Assembly: GCF_001194135.2 (NCBI RefSeq)
Contig: NC_068984.1
Span: 132,480,519-132,520,979, forward strand
Length of the DNA stretch: 40,461 nucleotides
Source: Octopus bimaculoides
Lineage: Eukaryota
Direction of reading: 5' to 3'
Part shown: in pieces, positions 33,921 through 40,461 of the stretch
How the letters are laid out: every line of letters starts with the position of its first letter
How positions within the stretch are numbered: position 1 is the first letter of the stretch
Made by a program: the position numbers and the translations under genes
Notes under the pieces: model-generated
What the model saw: the letters and a program-made list of their open reading frames with translations, nothing else
Told to the model about the DNA's origin: nothing
Databases searched by the model: none

Positions 33921-35974
33921 CAACAACAACAGCAGCAGGAGAAGCAACGACAATAACAACGATTACGATGACGACAACAACAACAACGACAATAATAATA
34001 ACAACAACAATGGCGGCAACAAAAGAAACATCAAAAGCAGCAGCTGAAGAGATCGTCTGGGCAACTGTCATAGAATTGCGATGTTAGGAGGAAGTGTTTA
34101 AATGAAATGGCAGCCATGTTGGATGACTATAGAGTAAGAGGGAAGAGAACAGGTTTTGTGGTTCTAACCGGGCACCCGGTTTGGTTCCAGCAATGTGTCA
34201 AGTAGGGATGGTGTATATCAAGCTTAAGAACAACACTTCTGGGTGTGTATGTATGTATGTATGTATGCATACATGTACTTAGATATGTATGTATGTTGGC
34301 ATTATGCCTTTGTATGTGTATATATATGCATGTGTGTATGCATGTATGCATGTTTGTATATACGTATCTATGTGTAGTTGTACGTTTTTGGGTATGCTTA
34401 TATGCGTACGTATATATTACATGCATGTATATGTATACATATACATACATATATACATATATATGTGTAGGTGTGTGTTTGTATTTGCGCACGTAAGTGA
34501 GAATATGCTTATGTATGTATGTATGTATGTATGTATGTATATGTGTATGTGTATGTGAGCTCTGTCATGTGTATATAGGTTTTCATGTACCTATGATTTT
34601 ATGCATGTGTATATAAAATACGTAAGAATATATATATACATACATACATACATACATACATGNNNNNNNNNNNNNNNNNNNNNNNNNNNNNNNNNNNNNN
34701 NNNNNNNNNNNNNNNNNNNNNNNNNNNNNNNNNNNNNNNNNNNNNNNNNNNNNNNNNNNNNNNNNNNNNNNNNNNNNNNNNNNNNNNNNNNNNNNNNNNN
34801 NNNNNNNNNNNNNNNNNNNNNNNNNNNNNNNNNNNNNNNNNNNNNNNNNNNNNNNNNNNNNNNNNNNNNNNNNNNNNNNNNNNNNNNNNNNNNNNNNNNN
34901 NNNNNNNNNNNNNNNNNNNNNNNNNNNNNNNNNNNNNNNNNNNNNNNNNNNNNNNNNNNNNNNNNNNNNNNNNNNNNNNNNNNNNNNNNNNNNNNNNNNN
35001 NNNNNNNNNNNNNNNNNNNNNNNNNNNNNNNNNNNNNNNNNNNNNNNNNNNNNNNNNNNNNNNNNNNNNNNNNNNNNNNNNNNNNNNNNNNNNNNNNNNN
35101 NNNNNNNNNNNNNNNNNNNNNNNNNNNNNNNNNNNNNNNNNNNNNNNNNNNNNNNNNNNNNNNNNNNNNNNNNNNNNNNNNNNNNNNNNNNNNNNNNNNN
35201 NNNNNNNNNNNNNNNNNNNNNNNNNNNNNNNNNNNNNNNNNNNNNNNNNNNNNNNNNNNNNNNNNNNNNNNNNNNNNNNNNNNNNNNNNNNNNNNNNNNN
35301 NNNNNNNNNNNNNNNNNNNNNNNNNNNNNNNNNNNNNNNNNNNNNNNNNNNNNNNNNNNNNNNNNNNNNNNNNNNNNNNNNNNNNNNNNNNNNNNNNNNN
35401 NNNNNNNNNNNNNNNNNNNNNNNNNNNNNNNNNNNNNNNNNNNNNNNNNNNNNNNNNNNNNNNNNNNNNTATATATATAAATGTATGTATGTATATATGT
35501 ATATATATATGTGTATGGATGTATGGATGTGTGGATATATATATATATATATAACGAAACTTGCCACCAATACCATCACTATCACCACCGTAGCAGCAGC
35601 CATGCCCACTGTGCTTCCTCCACCGCCATCACCCGCCATCACCTCCACCACCACAACCACCCTCACCACCACTCTGTCGTCCTGTCACTCGTATGCATAC
35701 TTATTCACCCACATAGGCAACAGCTATACGCCATAATTTAGTATATTCAACCAGGCAATTTTTTGGCAATCTTTCAGAACGAGAACGATGTTGTTATGGG
35801 TGGGTCCTTATGTAGCAAAAAGCACCCTGGTTTCGAGTTTACCCTTTTGGTATCTACCCGCCTGAGACCACCCCTGATTCTATGATACAAGTTTTTTTTT
35901 GCTGTAAAGTTATCTAATTTAAAAGCTTCCATCAAAATTTCATGTCAATTTATGTTTGAAACACAAGATTAATA

Positions 35975-36567
35975 AGGCGTAGGAGTGGCTGTGTGGTAAG
36001 TAGCTTGCTTACCAACCACATGGTTCCGAGTTCAGTCCCACTGCACGGCACCTTGGGCAAGTGTATTCTACTATAGTCTCGGGCCGACCAAAGCCTTGTG
36101 AGTGGATTTGGTAGACGGAAACTGAAAGAAGCNNNNNNNNNNNNNNNNNNNNNNNNNNNNNNNNNNNNNNNNNNNNNNNNNNNNNNNNNNNNNNNNNNNN
36201 NNNNNNNNNNNNNNNNNNNNNNNNNNNNNNNNNNNNNNNNNNNNNNNNNNNNNNNNNNNNNNNNNNNNNNNNNNNNNNNNNNNNNNNNNNNNNNNNNNNN
36301 NNNNNNNNNNNNNNNNNNNNNNNNNNNNNNNNNNNNNNNNNNNNNNNTATATATATATATATGTATATGTGTGTGTGTTTGTCCCCCCCCCAACATCGCT
36401 TGACAACCGATGCTGGTCTGTTTACGTCTCCGTAACTTAGCGGTTCGGCAAAAGAGACCGATAGAATAAGAGGGAAGGCTTACAAAGAATAAGTCCTGGA
36501 GTCGATTTGCTCGACTAAAGGCGGTGCTCCACCATGGCCACAGTCAAAAGACTGAAACAAGTAAAAG
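35975..36567 (+). mobile_element. SINE family B, young full-length copy; the internal microsatellite contains an assembly gap
   Basis: aggcgtaggagtggctgtgtggtaag A box, gagttcagtccc B box, CORE-like segment, 3' gactgaaacaagtaaaag. It is the reverse complement of 13536-13945. Confidence 0.93.
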
Positions 36568-37149
36568 GGTATTGTTATTAAAATCAATTGAAATAAAAGG
36601 TTTTGTATTTCAACTGAAATCTAGTTACAAAAGTGTTGGCTTTTTGTTTATTTCTTCCTGTATGGTAGACGAGATTGGGAGGACACTTTGTCTGAATTGG
36701 GTTTCATTGCGTATATCCAGGGCATGAATGAACTCGGTATCAGAGACTAGTGTCGGGAAGCCCTAGATATTGAGGAAAACGGAGTTACCTCTAACCTGGC
36801 ATTACATGTACGTCTGTTCTGACCTGGAACGGTAGAAACTGCAAAGATTGCTGTGTAAACAGCATTACTAAATCATTTTGAGCCAACATAGTGTCCTGAA
36901 TTTAGAAATAACCAGGAAGCAGCTATGGTCGAATTGTGATTACTGCAACCCGTGAGGAATCTGGGAGTTCAAAGGTGATGGGACAACACCCATATAAAAA
37001 ATGGAGCTATTACCTTGCAGATTGGATAATGGACATAACAGCGTGAGGGACCAGCCTCAACAAACAAGGATTGCTGAAGGAGTCACGGCTTTCAGTAGAT
37101 AATCAGCAAACTGACAAGATGACAAGACAAGGCTACTAATTTTATTTCT

Positions 37150-37275
37150 TTGTTTGCTTTCGTTATTGTCGCCCTGATACAGCAGACCTGTATTCAAAAG
37201 TGTTCCGGCAGTGACTAACCTGTCTTTTAGTCAGTAACAGTCTATCTAGGATGACATTATCTAATGTGTCCTACT
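37150..37275 (-). repeat. Family E 3' fragment
   Basis: Reverse complement resembles 33460-33550 and 33800-33920. Confidence 0.5.
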
Positions 37276-37308
37276 CAGTGATATAGAACACATTAATGAA
37301 GGAACTGT

Positions 37309-37444
37309 CCACCACGGGCGACGCTTTTAGGTCTTCTGTATAAAGCCTGTACAGGCTTACACCTGGGGGCGGGGAAGGGTGACAAAATCAAGGACTGTCC
37401 TGGGTGGCACACATTGTAGCTATGCCACTGGACTACCCTTTTTA
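37309..37444 (+). repeat. Dispersed repeat of about 140 bp, copy 2
   Basis: Matches 33617-33767. Confidence 0.8.
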
Positions 37445-38763
37445 CACATGATTGGATGCTTTGAGGTATATTTGGTTGTCATTTCTAACATGTCAAGCAA
37501 TCTATTGGTTCAAATTTTCTTTCATTGCGGTATTTTTCAGTTTCAATGTACTCCGAGTTCGTCTTTATAAGATCACGTTTTACTGTTATCGAACTTCTGT
37601 ACTTCCAAAGACTCTTCAGGCCATCTCGAAAGTTAGTCTTATCTTTCAATTGAAAATTTGTTTGAATAAGTAAATGCTGTCTCCTCATCAATGAGTTAAG
37701 TGGGGGTTTTTCTACATGACGATATTAAAAATTTCATATATTTCTGGTACACTAGTGTATAACAAGTGCTTAGTGATAAATACTTATAATGATAATCTCG
37801 TTACTTATAACTTAATTATAAATATTTATCATTAAGCATAACTCTTAATTTATTATATACATTTTTTTTGGCATTTATAGAACATTTAGAAATAAGGTCA
37901 TTTCGTCGTAGAGAAAGAATTACGACTTACATTTTATATTAACTAATCTTTCATTCTAGCTATAAGAGTTCACAACAATTCAATATTATCGGATTTGAGT
38001 ATTGAACATGGCATATAATTTAGCCGATACTCAAAAGGGTGAGTGTCATGGATTTGAGTGGCCGTCCAACGATCAGTGGAGAGTTTGCCGAAAATCAGGG
38101 TTTATATAAGTGTTCATACACGAATCCACGTGGAAAACTTCTTCAACGAAGTTCAGAATTCGTATATGGACAGTAATTTTCAACCAATGAGAAATCCATA
38201 ATTTCTCATGTTCGGGCAAACGAACTTACGTTCTCTCTCCGCCTCTTATGAGTTTGCTACACAAGTATCACTCGTATTGGCATCAACACCTTCACGCCGA
38301 TCATCCCCACCGTCATTATCATATCCAGTTACAGATTTTCTTAACCTCACACAATCTCTAACATAACACACATTCACCTACAAATTCAAGCATTATAGTT
38401 TAAACACAATAGTTATATGGCCTCTCTGCATACAAACACCCACTGATGTCTTCGAGCATACAGCTTAGCCTGACATGCCTGTTGTCCACTGTCCACAACA
38501 CGAACACGTATACAAATACACAAATACCAGTTTCATATATCATTAAAATGGTGGCCAAATTCTTATGGACTACTTCGTTTCTTTCTGTCAGCTCTATTGG
38601 AAACGAAAGTATATAACATCTCTTAGATGTGATGTGATTGTGCGAAAATTCTTCGAGGCACGGGAGAATTCAAACAGTTTTATGTTATTTGGATCTCTTT
38701 ATATCATTCGCATCACTTTTGCTACATCTTCTTCGGTAACGAGAAAATTTTTAAATATATTCT

Positions 38764-38972
38764 TATTTCTTTATTGCCCACAAGGCGCTAAACATAGAGG
38801 GGACAAACTAGGACAGACAAAGGGATTAAGTCGATTACATCGAACCCAGTGCGTAACTGGGTACTTAATTTATCGACCCCGAAAGGATGAAAGGCAAAGT
38901 CGACCTCGGCGGAATTTGAACTCAGAACGTAACGGCAGACGAAATACTGCTAAGCATTTCGCTCGACGGGCG
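38764..38972 (-). mobile_element. SINE family A, 5'-truncated young copy with 11-bp TSD
   Basis: TSD aaatatattct at 38753-38763 and 38973-38983. Confidence 0.93.
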
Positions 38973-40461
38973 AAATATATTCTGCGAGGTAATTCCGGTT
39001 CGAATAAAAAAATTCCAACAAATCTTTTAAAAGATAAATTTCAGTTAAAATGTCAAATCATCAACCCCAAGACAGTGGTCTTATTCAAGGCGGGATTTTC
39101 AATTGCAAAAGTTCTGTCGATCTTGCAGGAATTCAAATGCAAATGTTCCGGTCATTTTGGAGTCGTGGAATTTGTGTTGATACTCAGAGTACATAAACAA
39201 TACAGAGTTTCTGTATACTTTTGAAAGTTACTTCATCATCTTAGATTCTTCCCCAACTTCGTATTTCATTCGCAGAAGAATATATCATAAACCAACGCAC
39301 ATTTGATCAATGATCGAATATTGATATACTTTCTAGCGCTGCAATCAGTTTAAAGCATTTTCTTTGCATATCTTTTACTCCACGAATCCTTCCGTTTTCT
39401 TATTCTAACCATATTTAACATCGATATTTTTTACCAGTTTTTTTTTTTTTTTCAACAGTTCAATTATATTTTCATCGCTTTCAACCATTTCACCATCTGA
39501 TTCAACGCGCAAGTTCTTACCAGCAAAGAAAATATTTCATATTTCCATCACATAAATATCTAAATGTGTTTTACAAAAATCTCTCTCTAAAGCAATTATC
39601 ACAACAAAACTACGAATGTTTTAATGCGTTTTAGGGGAAAAAAACAAACAAAAAAAAAGATCTTTTATTAGCCGGAATGAATTATCTGACGATCAATTCC
39701 AGTTACATGTAGAGCAGTTTGAACCACATATGCTTTATTCTCTGATGTGTGAAGGAAACAATCTTCTGCCTCAATGCATTTCTTAAGAATAAACTTATTT
39801 TTTTCCTCCCTATCTTACGAAAGATTTCAAGTAAACCTCAAGACCAAGATTAGGTTATATCTCGATATCAGTTTGCTAATAATAAAGACAAAATATAGCA
39901 CTTCTGACAGCCTGGAGTGGTATATGTTGTCTTATTTATAAAAAAACAAGCAAAATATAACAACAACAACAACTGCTACTACAACTACAAAACAAGAGCA
40001 CCAAAATAACTCACTCTACTGATATTTCTTGTTATTTCCACAGTTAAAACAGCCAATTCCCAGGCAAAAATCAATAGACTCTCTTATGCTGTGATTACTG
40101 TCACAAGATGGCTGTCTCCCACAAAACACATTTAGGTTTTGCCCTCCCAAAAAAACTATTTATTTTGCCACCACCTTCACCCGACTGAAAGTCAATTTGA
40201 GAGGGAAAAAAATGAACAATTACTCTTTATTGAAAAAAGAAAAAAGAAAGAAGAGAAGAAACAATAGAATGACCTATATGTTTCATCATTTGAATCATGA
40301 CAAACAGAAGTCGGAACCAATACGAATATAACTGTGGTTTCTTGTCTCACATTGAATATATAAAATAATGCATTTTTCTGTGAAAGTTTAAATGATTCAT
40401 TTATGTTTTTTTTAAAACACACAGAGATTCAAGCACACACACACACACACACACATAGATG

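Noticed and set aside
36640-36960. Possible decayed Gypsy gag-like peptide (DWEDTLSELGF...ALLNHFEP)
   Set aside because: Short fragments with several stops; similarity is at chance level without a profile search.
38565-39224. 219-aa plus-strand ORF, the longest gap-free ORF in the track
   Set aside because: It runs through the antisense strand of a TSD-flanked SINE; the same RPRRNLNSERNGRRNTAKHF peptide appears in other SINE-derived ORFs (11589, 26789).
38400-39500. Minus-strand frame with 35-60-aa open stretches after removing the SINE
   Set aside because: Multiple stops and no recognisable motif; an HMM search would be needed.

Overview
Eukaryotic, AT-rich, repeat-saturated genomic scaffold with 13 N-gaps (about 5.7 kb by my count), almost all abutting microsatellites. 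The repeat content looks like an octopus/coleoid cephalopod genome; this is inferred from recall of its tRNA-derived SINEs, not from a search. Most of the window is transposon debris: two decayed LINEs (an L1/Tx1-type RT and an APE endonuclease), three decayed mariner transposases, one clear and one doubtful Penelope-like (PLE) fragment, 30+ SINE copies from several families, and several MITEs. None of the long ORFs in the track is a host gene; they are microsatellite, N-run or antisense-SINE artefacts. Two short minus-strand exon-like segments read like real coding sequence: a signal peptide at 31885-31978 and DDIYDQVDMFFGRKWINIPIPPDLTA at 27722-27801. Together they suggest a small secreted, possibly neuropeptide-precursor-like, gene. 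Other notable signals are PLE-type minimal hammerhead-like cores (14.8 kb and an inverted pair at 28.5-28.9 kb), two SINEs whose head is inverted at an internal microsatellite, and fold-back palindromes at the 5' junctions of young SINE insertions. SINE family names A-E are my own working labels.
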